This document shows positions 1 through 10,500 of a stretch of DNA of 64,000 bases, piece by piece. The notes beneath the pieces are model-generated. The model saw only the letters and a program-made list of their open reading frames with translations, made no database searches and was not told the DNA's origin. The first letter of the stretch is position 1. Every line of letters starts with the position of its first letter. Source of the DNA: Candidatus Omnitrophota bacterium (lineage in GTDB: Bacteria; Omnitrophota; Gorgyraeia; Zapsychrales; Zapsychraceae); contig JAIORP010000135.1 in NCBI GenBank assembly GCA_021108075.1, positions 23,938 to 87,937 of the forward strand. The letters are read 5' to 3'. A program made the translations under genes and the position numbers.

Positions 1-1089
1 AATAAAATAGACATCAACCAAACTCCGCCCGCGAATGTAAGCCAGGGGAGAAATAATCAGGTTTTGTTCTTCGAGTAATTTGACAATTTTCCGATGTTTC
101 TTTTCTTGCTCCAAAGGCGAATGTTGAATAACCCCAAGGTTGTCATACAAGGGTTGCATATACGGGCCAAGCTTATCATGCACATCTCCGGGCAGATATC
201 CGAGGTCTTTGTCGCTTAAGGGCACAACCGGACGAGCCAAATAAATCTGGCGATAATTTTCTCTCTGCTCTAAAGCGGCGGCTAAGGCAAGCAATGTCTT
301 GCCGGTTCCAGCTTTTCCAGACATGGTGACCAACTTGACATTTGGATTTAAGAGGGCATCAAGGGCAAAAACTTGCTCCACATTGCGAGGTTCAATGTCG
401 GATGCGGTCGTTTTCTTGATCAAAGTAATCATTTTGCATTCAGGATCAAATCGTCCCAAGACGGAATTCTTATCATTACGCATAACAATGTATTCATTGG
501 GTAAGAGCTTTTTTTTGATCTTTAACCATGCAATCGGAATATCAGACTCGGAATCAAGAATTTTTTTCATCAAAATTTTGGATACATTTTCTTCAAAACG
601 ATACCCCGTATATAAGTCTGATATATTGGCTACACGATCTTTCGTGTAATCTTCAGACTTTAATCCCAAAGCTTTGGCTTTAACCCGCAGGTTAACGTCC
701 TTTGTCACTAAAATAACTTCCGCCCGAGAACGTTTTTTAGAAAGACAATACGCCGTATTAAGAATCCGGTGATCGATCTTATCCTCAATGAAATTATACC
801 CGAGGTCACGGTGGAATTCTTGATCCAACTTGATGACCAATCGTCCTAAACCCTGACCAATATCAATGCCTTTGCTAAAGAGCTGTTCGTCACTAATCGT
901 GTCAATGGAGCGTAAAAAATTCCTGGCATGGTAATTCAAGGACTCATGGCCTTTCTTAAAACGGTCTAACTCTTCAAGCACAAAGATAGGAATAACCACA
1001 TCATTATTGCCAAATTGATTAATACATTCACTGTCATGTAAAATAACGTTTGTATCTAGGACAAAAATCTTTCTTCTATTATCGGACAT
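1..1089 (-). CDS. PhoH-family protein (N-terminal PIN domain + PhoH ATPase), 3' end outside window
   Basis: Not in the ORF track because its stop is outside the window. The reverse strand from ATG at 1089 reads MSDNRRKIFVLDTNVILHD (PIN motif), later LVTKDVNLRVKAKALG, a Walker A (GKAGTGKT) and YLARPVVPL...GYLPG. GGAGTGG RBS upstream. Confidence 0.9.
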   Translation of the reverse strand, partial: MSDNRRKIFVLDTNVILHDSECINQFGNNDVVIPIFVLEELDRFKKGHESLNYHARNFLRSIDTISDEQLFSKGIDIGQGLGRLVIKLDQEFHRDLGYNFIEDKIDHRILNTAYCLSKKRSRAEVILVTKDVNLRVKAKALGLKSEDYTKDRVANISDLYTGYRFEENVSKILMKKILDSESDIPIAWLKIKKKLLPNEYIVMRNDKNSVLGRFDPECKMITLIKKTTASDIEPRNVEQVFALDALLNPNVKLVTMSGKAGTGKTLLALAAALEQRENYRQIYLARPVVPLSDKDLGYLPGDVHDKLGPYMQPLYDNLGVIQHSPLEQEKKHRKIVKLLEEQNLIISPLAYIRGRSLVDVYFI

Positions 1090-1449
1090 ATTACCACTCC
1101 ATTTTTAACCGTTAACGGGTTCATGTTTCAAGTATAAATGTATTTCATACCCGACGCAATAGAGGCTTCAGTATCTAATGAAAGTGTTTTATCTTACGCA
1201 GCAAAGACAACTCTCTAAATATATAAATATTCAACAATAATAACGCCAATGGCATTGGTATAAATAACCTAAATAAGGGCAAATATTACTACAAATAGAA
1301 CGGAGAGTCCAAAAGCAAAGCTAAAATAGTTTCAGGGATATTGTGTTTGAGCACGATCCAGCGCAGATAAAATACAGACAGAATATTGAGAATATTAAAC
1401 TGATTTGCTAAATCATATAAAAACCAGGAAGGAACGGAAAAGGAAATCA

Positions 1450-2307
1450 TCAATCGTTGCGGGCAACAGTCGTCTTCGATAACAGATGGGCGGTATAAGG
1501 TTGCAGAATAAAATGTTTAATAGCCATGCCAACATTTCTGTCCTTTTTATGTATTTTAAAAATCATCGGGCGCAGTTCTTCAAGGATATAAGATTTTTGG
1601 ATGGCATAATCGGCAGATGATAAACTGCGCATATGATCCATCATTCGATCTAAAGTATTGTATTGTTTTCTTGCGTCAAAGTCATACCCTATCGGCATAC
1701 GATATTGTATCCTTGTCATCAACTTACTGATCATTTGATCTTTCATCCGATTAGACTGTTTGTCCTTCATCTTATATATGATATCCAACTTTTTAGTCAT
1801 TCCTTTGAGATTGTCGGCTTGTCCAATCCGCCCAGATGAGCGATGAGGGATGACACAGGGTTTGTATGTTTCCAGTATATATATCTGTTCTGGATTTAAT
1901 GTTCTTTTGATAATATCAATCACTTTTTGTATTTTTTTCTGATATACGATTTCTGTATTTTCAATTTCATGCTGATAATGACGAAAACGTCTTTGGATAT
2001 GCGGGGAGATCGTCAATTTCCCTGTTTGCACCTCTCTTAAAATATATTGGAATGTTTGTTTCTGATCCACATAATGTTGCTGGATCGTCCGGTCATATTG
2101 CCGTTCAAATATCGCTGCTTTATGGACCTGAGCGATTAAAATTGTTTTCTGAGAAGGGGTTAATTCTAAAGCGTTCATCAAATTGGTAATAACGATCTGT
2201 TTCTTCAATGCTTTTACGTCTGTTTGATATTTTGTTTGTGGGAAGCAGGGGCAAGCCAAAATGCCGATAACAATAAAAGACAACAAACAACAAATAATAT
2301 TTTTCAT
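1450..2307 (-). CDS. Secreted helical hypothetical protein with LTxxQ-like motifs (possibly Spy/CpxP-like)
   Basis: 285-aa ORF, GGAGG RBS, N-terminal signal peptide, LELTPSQK and LNPEQ motifs. Confidence 0.6.
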   Translation of the reverse strand: MKNIICCLLSFIVIGILACPCFPQTKYQTDVKALKKQIVITNLMNALELTPSQKTILIAQVHKAAIFERQYDRTIQQHYVDQKQTFQYILREVQTGKLTISPHIQRRFRHYQHEIENTEIVYQKKIQKVIDIIKRTLNPEQIYILETYKPCVIPHRSSGRIGQADNLKGMTKKLDIIYKMKDKQSNRMKDQMISKLMTRIQYRMPIGYDFDARKQYNTLDRMMDHMRSLSSADYAIQKSYILEELRPMIFKIHKKDRNVGMAIKHFILQPYTAHLLSKTTVARND

Positions 2308-2538
2308 ATCGCAATCCTCCTTCGATCTCTGAACCCATCTGAGGCGAAGAAGTTCTGCATAAAACAGCGCAAATAATATTTTTATTTTTCGTTGATTTTA
2401 TATCATCCAAATATAGAATAATTAAGAGACCTCAATAATATACATCTGTCAACAGATTAAAAAGATGAATTCGTTCATTTTTTATGCTCTGACACAAACA
2501 AAGAAAGACATTCGTCGTTCTGGTTTAAGGAGAATAAA

Positions 2539-2916
2539 ATGAAAAAAATTCTGGTCATTGATGATGATTTAACCGACTTAAGAATTATCGATAAAAATAT
2601 TTCCTCCCATAATTATGAAGTCATCACAGCCGCTACTCCTCAAGATGGCCTGAATAAAGCAAAAGAAATAAAACCTGATCTCATTATTCTGGATATTATC
2701 ATGCCGGATATCGATGGTGCGGAGGTTTATAGTCTGCTGAAAAAAGAACCTGAAACACACAATATCCCTGTCATTTTTTTGACAGCAGCTTTAGATAAAG
2801 AGAAAAATGAACAAGTATTAGGGCCCGACATAGAGGAAGACTTTTTTAATATCATTGCCAAACCATTCAACGAAAAAGAAGTGATTGATCGCATTAAAAG
2901 CATTATTGGCGAATAA
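2539..2916 (+). CDS. Single-domain response regulator (REC)
   Basis: KILVIDDD...PDLIILDIIMPDIDG...PVIFLTA...KP; AAGGAG RBS. Confidence 0.93.
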   Translation: MKKILVIDDDLTDLRIIDKNISSHNYEVITAATPQDGLNKAKEIKPDLIILDIIMPDIDGAEVYSLLKKEPETHNIPVIFLTAALDKEKNEQVLGPDIEEDFFNIIAKPFNEKEVIDRIKSIIGE

Positions 2917-3195
2917 ATCTTTCTTTAAACCCACAATACGCACTTAAAACACCCATCTACACACGAAATAAGTGCAGCATGAACACCCGTTGGTTCGCAA
3001 ATCCTGTTGTAGCGCCCGTTTCAAATCTAAAACGCAACACAACTATCTATTTTGCTCCTTGTCATGTCATTATTCCGCCTGATGACTTGATCATCTGAAA
3101 AAAATAATTTAAAACAAACCTTTTCATTGTAAAAAAAATAATGATAATAATAAATAGAAGCCACAGGGATAGCAAAACAGGGATAGACATTATAA

Positions 3196-3275
3196 TACCA
3201 AATCCATTAATAAATTGTTCTATCTTAATTCTGAAAAGCAGAATTGGTTTTGGTCATTATTTAATGGAATTGGTA
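3196..3275 (+). mobile_element. 80-bp MITE, copy 1
   Basis: TIRs TACCAAATCCATTAA / TTAATGGAATTGGTA (15 bp, 1 mismatch), flanked on both sides by TAA; identical to the copy at 15956. Confidence 0.9.
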
Positions 3276-3345
3276 TAACGACACAAAAATGACAGATTAA
3301 CGCATGATCAAATTGTCGTTGATGACCATTTAAAATCATTAAGAA

Positions 3346-4110
3346 ATGAATATCTTTAAACGACCAATAAAAAAATTACTCAATTATATCAAAGTGATAA
3401 AATCAACGTTAATGACAAAAATCATTACGATGACCACTGTCTTAATTCTTTTAATTGCCCTTGAGCACCTTTTTTTTGTGCTCCACATGAAAAAAGAATT
3501 ACTACTCTTTCATGCTCATTCAAGCCATTCTTTTGTTGAACTTGTCAAAAAAGAATTATTAACAGTCGCCTTACCTGGTCAGGACCCGACAAAGAATGTC
3601 AGTGATCTTGAGCACAAAATTCATCAATATCACAAAGAACAATGCACCGAATACGAACGCCATGTGAATGAATCAATCCGCACTAATATTTTCCGAGATT
3701 TAGTCATCCTCATTATTTTTATGAGCATCCTCTTATCTTTAACTTATCACGCGTTAAAGCCTATCAACACCCTGACTAAAGCGATTTCTGAAATTAACAC
3801 CGGAAACTTTGATTATGATTGGAGCATCCAGACGACAGATGAGCTTGCATTTATGAGTGAATCCATAAACATAATGAGACGAAACCTCAAACGCATAGCG
3901 TTATCAAGGCAGGAACTAAACAAAGAAATTGCTGAACGAAAAAAAATAGAGCAGATATTAATCGAAGAAAAACACAACTTAGAAGTTTTTCAAAAAGCGG
4001 CAGTCGACCAAGAAATGCACATTATCAAACTTAAAAAGACGATAAACAACTTTATGACCAAAAAAGGACTCACACCCAAATATCGGATGAGTGAAAATAT
4101 TGAATTATGA
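3346..4110 (+). CDS. Membrane HAMP-domain protein without an output domain
   Basis: Two hydrophobic segments, a HAMP domain (LKPINTLTKAISEINTGNFD...TDELAFMSESINIM) and a short C-terminal coiled coil. Confidence 0.8.
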   Translation: MNIFKRPIKKLLNYIKVIKSTLMTKIITMTTVLILLIALEHLFFVLHMKKELLLFHAHSSHSFVELVKKELLTVALPGQDPTKNVSDLEHKIHQYHKEQCTEYERHVNESIRTNIFRDLVILIIFMSILLSLTYHALKPINTLTKAISEINTGNFDYDWSIQTTDELAFMSESINIMRRNLKRIALSRQELNKEIAERKKIEQILIEEKHNLEVFQKAAVDQEMHIIKLKKTINNFMTKKGLTPKYRMSENIEL

Positions 4111-4173
4111 CCTTCAATGTTAAATCTCTCATAAAATATCATTCCGGATCACATTAATAAAGCACCAATCTTT

Positions 4174-6690
4174 ATGTCTAATAACGCGCGATATGAAATC
4201 GACACGATCATCCAAACGGCAATAGACGGGTTTTGGATAAACGATTTGGATGGAAACTTCAAAAAAGTCAACAACAAGTTCTGTGAGATGATCGGTTATG
4301 CTGAGGAAGAACTATTATTAATGTCTCTGGCAGACATTGAAGCGGTCGAAAAGCCTTCAGAAACAAAGGAACATATTCAAAAAATTATGAGCAATGGCTC
4401 AGACCAATATGAATCATGTTTAAAATGCAAAAACGGACAAATTATTGATGTTGAAATTAAAATCTCACATTTAGAACCCGATAATATCCAAATTGCGTTT
4501 GCCAAAGATATTACAGAAAAAAACATAGCCAACAAATCAATCAAAGAAAGCGAAGCATTATTTAGCGCGCTTTATGAACATTCGAGCGATTCGATTATGT
4601 TGTTGGATAACCGCGGTTTTTTTGACTGTAATCCGGCGGCATTACATACTTTTGGTTACCCGGCTAAAAAAGCATTCTGCCAACTGCACCCTAAAGATTT
4701 ATCTCCTCCAAAGCAACCGAATGGAAAAAATTCAATGAACCAAATGAATAACTATATCGGTGAGGCCATCAAACACTCAATTTGCCGATATGAATGGACA
4801 TTTAAAAAAAAGGATGAATCTGTTTTTCCGGCTGAGGTTATCCTCAACACGATCGAGATGCATGGAAAAATCATTATTCAAAATGTCGTTCGAAATATTG
4901 CAAATCGAAAAAAGGCTGAAGATGACCTCATCACCGCTAAAACTCAAGCAGAAAAAAACGAAATTAAGGCGTATAAAGCCCTCGTCGAAGTCGAAAGGAC
5001 CCAAAAGGCCAATATCAGCATGATGGAGAACGCGATCCTGGCTAAAGAAAAATTAGAACATCAATCTCATCAATTGAAAAAAGCGCGATTAAAAGCTGAA
5101 CAAGCCTCAAAAGCAAAGAGTGATTTCCTTTCAAACATGAGCCATGAGATTAGAACCCCCATGAACACAATTTTAGGTTTCAGCAAGCTTTTAAAACGCT
5201 CTGAATTAACGTCAAAACAATCTCATTATTTAAACCTCGTATTATCCAGTGGGGATTATCTGCTTGAACTGATTAATAACATCTTAGACCTGTCCAAGTC
5301 AGAAGCTGAACGAACCCAACTTGAACAGATCGATTTTAATATTGAAAAACTTGCTGATAATGTTCTTAAAATCGGGCAATCAAAAATCGACAAAAAAAAT
5401 ATTGAATTTTATCTCTACATTCACCCGGATGTTCCGGAAGAATTAAATGGAGACCCAACACGCCTGCGACAAATGTTGATCAATTTGATTGGTAATGCCA
5501 TCAAATTCACGGATCAAGGGCACGTTGGGCTGATCATCCAAAAAGAAACAGTAAATAAAGTCAATGTCCCTGACTGGACAGAAAATGAAGACCAATGTTT
5601 CTTACGATTTTGTGTTGAAGACTCAGGAATCGGTGTGCCAAAAGAAAAAAACGAATTCATATTTGATGTCTTTTCTCAAGCAGACACATCAACCACAAGA
5701 CAATACGGAGGAACAGGATTAGGTCTTGCCATATGTAAAAATTACGCCCAATTGATGAAAGGAAAAATATGGGTCGAATCCGAAGGAAACAACGGCAGTA
5801 AGTTTATCTTTAACGCCCTCTTATTTAAATCCAAAAAGCGGGTCCAAAAAGCACTGCCGGAAGCCTTCAGGGACCTAATAACAAGCAAAACAATCCATAT
5901 CATTGATGATAACTTTACGATCAGTCAGCATTTAAAACATATCTGTACAGACATTGGGTTCAAAAACATCAAATGTGACAACACTCCCGAATATTTATAT
6001 GAAACAAAAAACGCCAATGACAATATCCCGGATATCATATTGATAGATATTCTTCTTGAGAACGATAAATCTTTTCAATTGGTCCATCAGGCCTCAAAGC
6101 AAGACCATCTGAAATCCATAAAAATAATTGGAATGACATCCAGCATGGACGATCTTGAGCCTGAAAACATAAAAAAAGAAGGTTTTTTAGGACTCCTAAC
6201 GAAACCTGTAACAAAAAATGATTTGTTACACATTTTGGCTAGCAATTATGATTTTAAAGACATATTCAGTGCTGATGAGCTTCAGCAAGAAAAAAATGAG
6301 ATGACATGCAAAGGACTTAAAATCCTTGTCGTCGATGACAATATTCCCAATCAAGCCCTGATCAAATCCTATTTCCGCGTTCTCGGCTGCATCGGAGATT
6401 ATGCCGGCAATGGCCAAGAGGCTGTTGAAAAAATAAAAAAAAACAACTATGACGTTTGCTTAATGGACTTACAAATGCCGGTAATGGGGGGGCAGGAAGC
6501 GACCACAATAATCAGAAAAGGCATTAACAAAAATATTCCCATACTAGCCCTTACGGCTGACGTCGTACAGGAAGATAAAGAAAAAGCGCTCGCGACAGGA
6601 ATGAACGATTATTTAACGAAACCCATCACCTTATCCCGACTAAAAGAAAAAATCCTTAAATACAGTCAAAAAAAAATCGACTCAAAATAA
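4174..6690 (+). CDS. Cytoplasmic hybrid histidine kinase (2xPAS-HisKA-HATPase-REC-REC)
   Basis: H-box FLSNMSHEIRTPMN, N-box NLIGNAIKFT, G-boxes DSGIG and YGGTGLGL, two receiver domains. Confidence 0.95.
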   Translation: MSNNARYEIDTIIQTAIDGFWINDLDGNFKKVNNKFCEMIGYAEEELLLMSLADIEAVEKPSETKEHIQKIMSNGSDQYESCLKCKNGQIIDVEIKISHLEPDNIQIAFAKDITEKNIANKSIKESEALFSALYEHSSDSIMLLDNRGFFDCNPAALHTFGYPAKKAFCQLHPKDLSPPKQPNGKNSMNQMNNYIGEAIKHSICRYEWTFKKKDESVFPAEVILNTIEMHGKIIIQNVVRNIANRKKAEDDLITAKTQAEKNEIKAYKALVEVERTQKANISMMENAILAKEKLEHQSHQLKKARLKAEQASKAKSDFLSNMSHEIRTPMNTILGFSKLLKRSELTSKQSHYLNLVLSSGDYLLELINNILDLSKSEAERTQLEQIDFNIEKLADNVLKIGQSKIDKKNIEFYLYIHPDVPEELNGDPTRLRQMLINLIGNAIKFTDQGHVGLIIQKETVNKVNVPDWTENEDQCFLRFCVEDSGIGVPKEKNEFIFDVFSQADTSTTRQYGGTGLGLAICKNYAQLMKGKIWVESEGNNGSKFIFNALLFKSKKRVQKALPEAFRDLITSKTIHIIDDNFTISQHLKHICTDIGFKNIKCDNTPEYLYETKNANDNIPDIILIDILLENDKSFQLVHQASKQDHLKSIKIIGMTSSMDDLEPENIKKEGFLGLLTKPVTKNDLLHILASNYDFKDIFSADELQQEKNEMTCKGLKILVVDDNIPNQALIKSYFRVLGCIGDYAGNGQEAVEKIKKNNYDVCLMDLQMPVMGGQEATTIIRKGINKNIPILALTADVVQEDKEKALATGMNDYLTKPITLSRLKEKILKYSQKKIDSK

Positions 6691-6738
6691 ATCATATTCC
6701 TATTCATTAAAAATCTAATCAATGCTAATATATCGACA

Positions 6739-7074
6739 GTGGAAAAATTAGATATTAATTTTCTTAATTGCGCCAATCAACTTGGTCTTAGCTTGGAAGA
6801 CTATAAAGAATTATTAACGATATCACTCGCGGATGCCAATCAAGATATCATGCGGTTGGAAACAATTATTGAAAATAAACAAGAAGATCAATATTTTCAA
6901 GTCATCCATCATCTCAAGGGTACTCTTTGTTCACTGATGATTAAAAGCGTGACAGATACGATTTCGACAATGAATGATCTTGCCCAAAAAAAACAAAATT
7001 TAAACCAAATTCCAAAATTATATTCCGTCCTTAAACAAAGGATAAATCAACTCAATATCAATTTAAATGAATAA
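6739..7074 (+). CDS. Hpt (histidine phosphotransfer) protein
   Basis: Helical 111-aa protein with an IHHLKG motif, directly after a hybrid kinase. Confidence 0.8.
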   Translation: MEKLDINFLNCANQLGLSLEDYKELLTISLADANQDIMRLETIIENKQEDQYFQVIHHLKGTLCSLMIKSVTDTISTMNDLAQKKQNLNQIPKLYSVLKQRINQLNINLNE

Positions 7075-7095
7075 TTTAATATTTTCAGAAGGAGG

Positions 7096-7497
7096 ATGTG
7101 CGTGATGTGGAAAATTTTAGTTGTTGATGATAATGAAAGAAATGTCGAACTTATCGTTGAGACACTCGAAGGCATTGCTAAATGCCAAACAGCTAAAAAT
7201 GGAGAAGAAGCTCTGACCGCTTATAATACCGCCATTACAGGCCAAAACGCTTTTGATGTTGCCTTATTGGATGTCGCCATGCCTGGTATTGATGGAATAG
7301 ATGTATTGAAGGCCATTCGAGCGAAGGAGGAAGAGCGGGGGATCCCATTTGGTGAAGGCATGCCGATTATTATGGTCACGGCAAACAAAGAACCGTTTAT
7401 CAAGGCCTATCGTACCGGTTGTGACGACTACATCTTAAAGCCAATCGATCCAGAGAAACTCATCACAATGATTGAAGAAAAGCTTTCTAACAAATAG
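7096..7497 (+). CDS. CheY-like response regulator
   Basis: KILVVDDN...LLDVAMPGIDG...IIMVTA...YILKP; GGAGG RBS (true start may be GTG 7102 or ATG 7105). Confidence 0.92.
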   Translation: MCVMWKILVVDDNERNVELIVETLEGIAKCQTAKNGEEALTAYNTAITGQNAFDVALLDVAMPGIDGIDVLKAIRAKEEERGIPFGEGMPIIMVTANKEPFIKAYRTGCDDYILKPIDPEKLITMIEEKLSNK

Positions 7498-7550
7498 TAT
7501 TTGCCTTCGAGGTACGATGTTATTATACACCCGGTTTTCCATAAAGACAT

Positions 7551-10500
7551 ATGTCTAAGAGCAAAATCACATTACCCCAAACTGTTTATGTCGATAAAGA
7601 TAAATGCATTAACTGTCATGCCTGTATTTCCGCCTGTCCTGTAAAATATTGCAATGATGGAAGTGGTACGGTTGTCAGTATCAACTCCGATCTCTGCATT
7701 GCCTGCGGAAAATGTATCCAAACCTGCTCTCATCAGGCCCGTTTTTATACCGACGATTTGCCGGCCCTCCAACGGGCCATTCACCGACAAGAAAGAATCA
7801 TTGCTGTCGTCGATCCGTCTATCGCTGCAAATTTCCAACATCAATTCTTAAACTTAAATGGATGGTTAAAAAGTTTCGGTGTTCATGCCGTTTTTGATAT
7901 CAGTTTTGGTGCTGAACTATGTGTCAAAAGCTATGTCGAATATATTCAGAAACAATCACCTCCCATTATCATCATACAATCTTGCGCCGCTATCGTCAGT
8001 TATATCGAAATGTATCAGCCGGAACTGCTACCTTATCTAGCGCCTATTGACAGCCCGATGATACATACAATCAAGATGATACGAAAATACTATCCTCAAT
8101 ACTCCGACCACAAAATCGCGGTGCTTTCACCTTGTCTCGCAAAAAAGAGAGAACTTCATGAAACAAATATGGGAGACTTTTACATTGCCGATCTTTCCCT
8201 CAAGCAATATATCAAAGACAACAATGTTGAACTATCCAGCTTTCCTGCCATTGATTATGATGATCCATCGGACGAAAGGGCTGTCGTTTTTCCATCTCCA
8301 GGGGAATTACTTCGTACCTTAAAACGTTGGATTCCGAATATGAGCTATCTGGCCCGCGAGATTGAAGGAACAGAAACGATCTATGATTATCTAAAAAAAC
8401 TTCCGGCTATTTTAAACAAGGAAAAAATCAACACACCGCTTTTGATTGATTGTTTAAATTGTGAACTAGAATGTACCGGAGAACCCCTCACCTTAAACAA
8501 AAATAAATCTGTTGAAAAAATTGAATATTGGATGCAACAAAAAAACAAAGCCATGCAAATAATACATCGACAGGATCAATCAAATCAAGACATAAACATC
8601 AATGACATCGTATCAAAACATTGGTGTGAACAGCTATATCACAGGAGTTATCTTGATCTATCAGATTCCGTGCAGATTAAAAACCCCACGCTAGCAGAAC
8701 TGCAGGCAATTTTTGAAACCATGCATAAGTATTCAGAAAAGGATATCATCAATTGCAGCTCTTGCGGTTATGGCAAGTGCGAAAACATGGCAAAAGCCAT
8801 CTATAACAAGCTGAATCGGCCTGAAAATTGTCATCATTATCTCGCCCAAAAATCTGATATCAGGAAGAATAAAATTCAGTTAAACGAAAAACGTTTGAAA
8901 CACATCCTGGATACAACTCTCGAAGGTTTTGTCCAGGTCAATAAATCAGGATACATTCAAATGGCCAATGAAGCCATGGCGAATATATTGGGGGCCACAC
9001 CAGATAAAATCATCAATCATCCGATATCGAAGTTTATTTCGCCGCTTCAAGACATCGACTTTGGGAACATTATAAACCTCAAAAATCTTACGAAACATAA
9101 ACTCGAAGTTACGCTTTCCAAATTAGATGGATCGACAATATACAGTTTATTCCACATAAATATTTTGACAGATGAAAACAACCAACCTATTGGCTATTTT
9201 GCTTTGGTCAGTGATATTACAAATCTTAAAAACACGGAAAAAGAATTAAAAAAATTCCAGGATCATTTGCAGCAGCTCGTTGAAGAACGAACGCAGGAAT
9301 TACAAAAAATAAATTTCCAGCTTGAAGAAGAAGTTACTCAGCGAAGAAAAGAGCAAAATAAAATTCAAGAAAGTGAACAGGAAATCCGCCGAATTATGAA
9401 TACGATTCCTCATGCGGTCCTAGAATTAAAAAATCGTCAAATCGTCTTTGCCAACGCTGCCGTTGTCGGCGTATTTGGCTGGCAAGCCAATGAACTCATT
9501 GGAAAAACGACACAAATTCTGTATTTGGATGATAACGAATTCGATAAAATCGGTCAATATTTTTATCCCGTACTAGCCAAACAGGGGATTCATCATGGTG
9601 AATTCAATATAAAGAAAAAAAACGGACGCAATATTATTTGTATGATCAGTGCATCGTTCGTAGGCAAAGAAACGGATAACGAGAGAGTGATCGCTGTTTA
9701 TGAAGACATAACAGAACGCAAACGGGCAGAAACAGCCCTCCATCTGGCTAAAGAGGCGGCAGAAGAAGCCAATCGCTTGAAATCTCAATTTGTTTCAAAT
9801 GTGTCACATGAAATCAGAACACCCCTCAATTGCATTATTGGTTTTGCTGATGTCATCTTGCAATCCGAAGACCTAAACAGCATCCACCAACAGGCTGAAA
9901 TCATATTAAATGAATCTGAGACACTCCTCAATCTCATTAACGACCTTTTAGATCATGCTAAAATTGAGGCTGGTAAATTGAATATCGATCAACATGGTTT
10001 CGACCTCTATGGCCTTATCAATCAAATTGTGCAAACCATGCGGATCCATGCCAATAAAAAAAATTTGCAATTTTATGCTTCCATTGAGAAAACTGTTCCT
10101 CAATATGTGATTGGTGACAGTTTGCGAATCCATCAAATCATTATAAACCTACTCAGTAATGCCCTAAAATTCACCCATGTAGGATCCATCACATTACTCA
10201 TTGAATCCTTTGATAAAAAAAAGGATCAAGTCACTCTTCGCTTTTCCATTATTGATACAGGAATAGGAATATCCAGAGAACAACAAAACAAAATATTTGA
10301 AAGTTTTACGCAAGCGGATGGAAGCACAACCAGAAAATATGGGGGAACAGGACTAGGTACAACCATTGCCAAAGATCTTGTACAGATTATGCACGGACAA
10401 ATGGGGGTCTCAAGTGAACAAGGTAAAGGAAGCACTTTTTGGTTCTCCTTACAGTTTGAACGATGCACAGACCTAAGCAAGGTTAAAAAATTTCATCAAA

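Noticed and set aside
299-649. 116-aa + strand ORF
   Set aside because: Antisense to the PIN/PhoH gene
2979-3098. 39-codon ORF and a tRNA T-loop-like GGTTCGCAAATCC
   Set aside because: No RBS, and no cloverleaf or CCA end can be built
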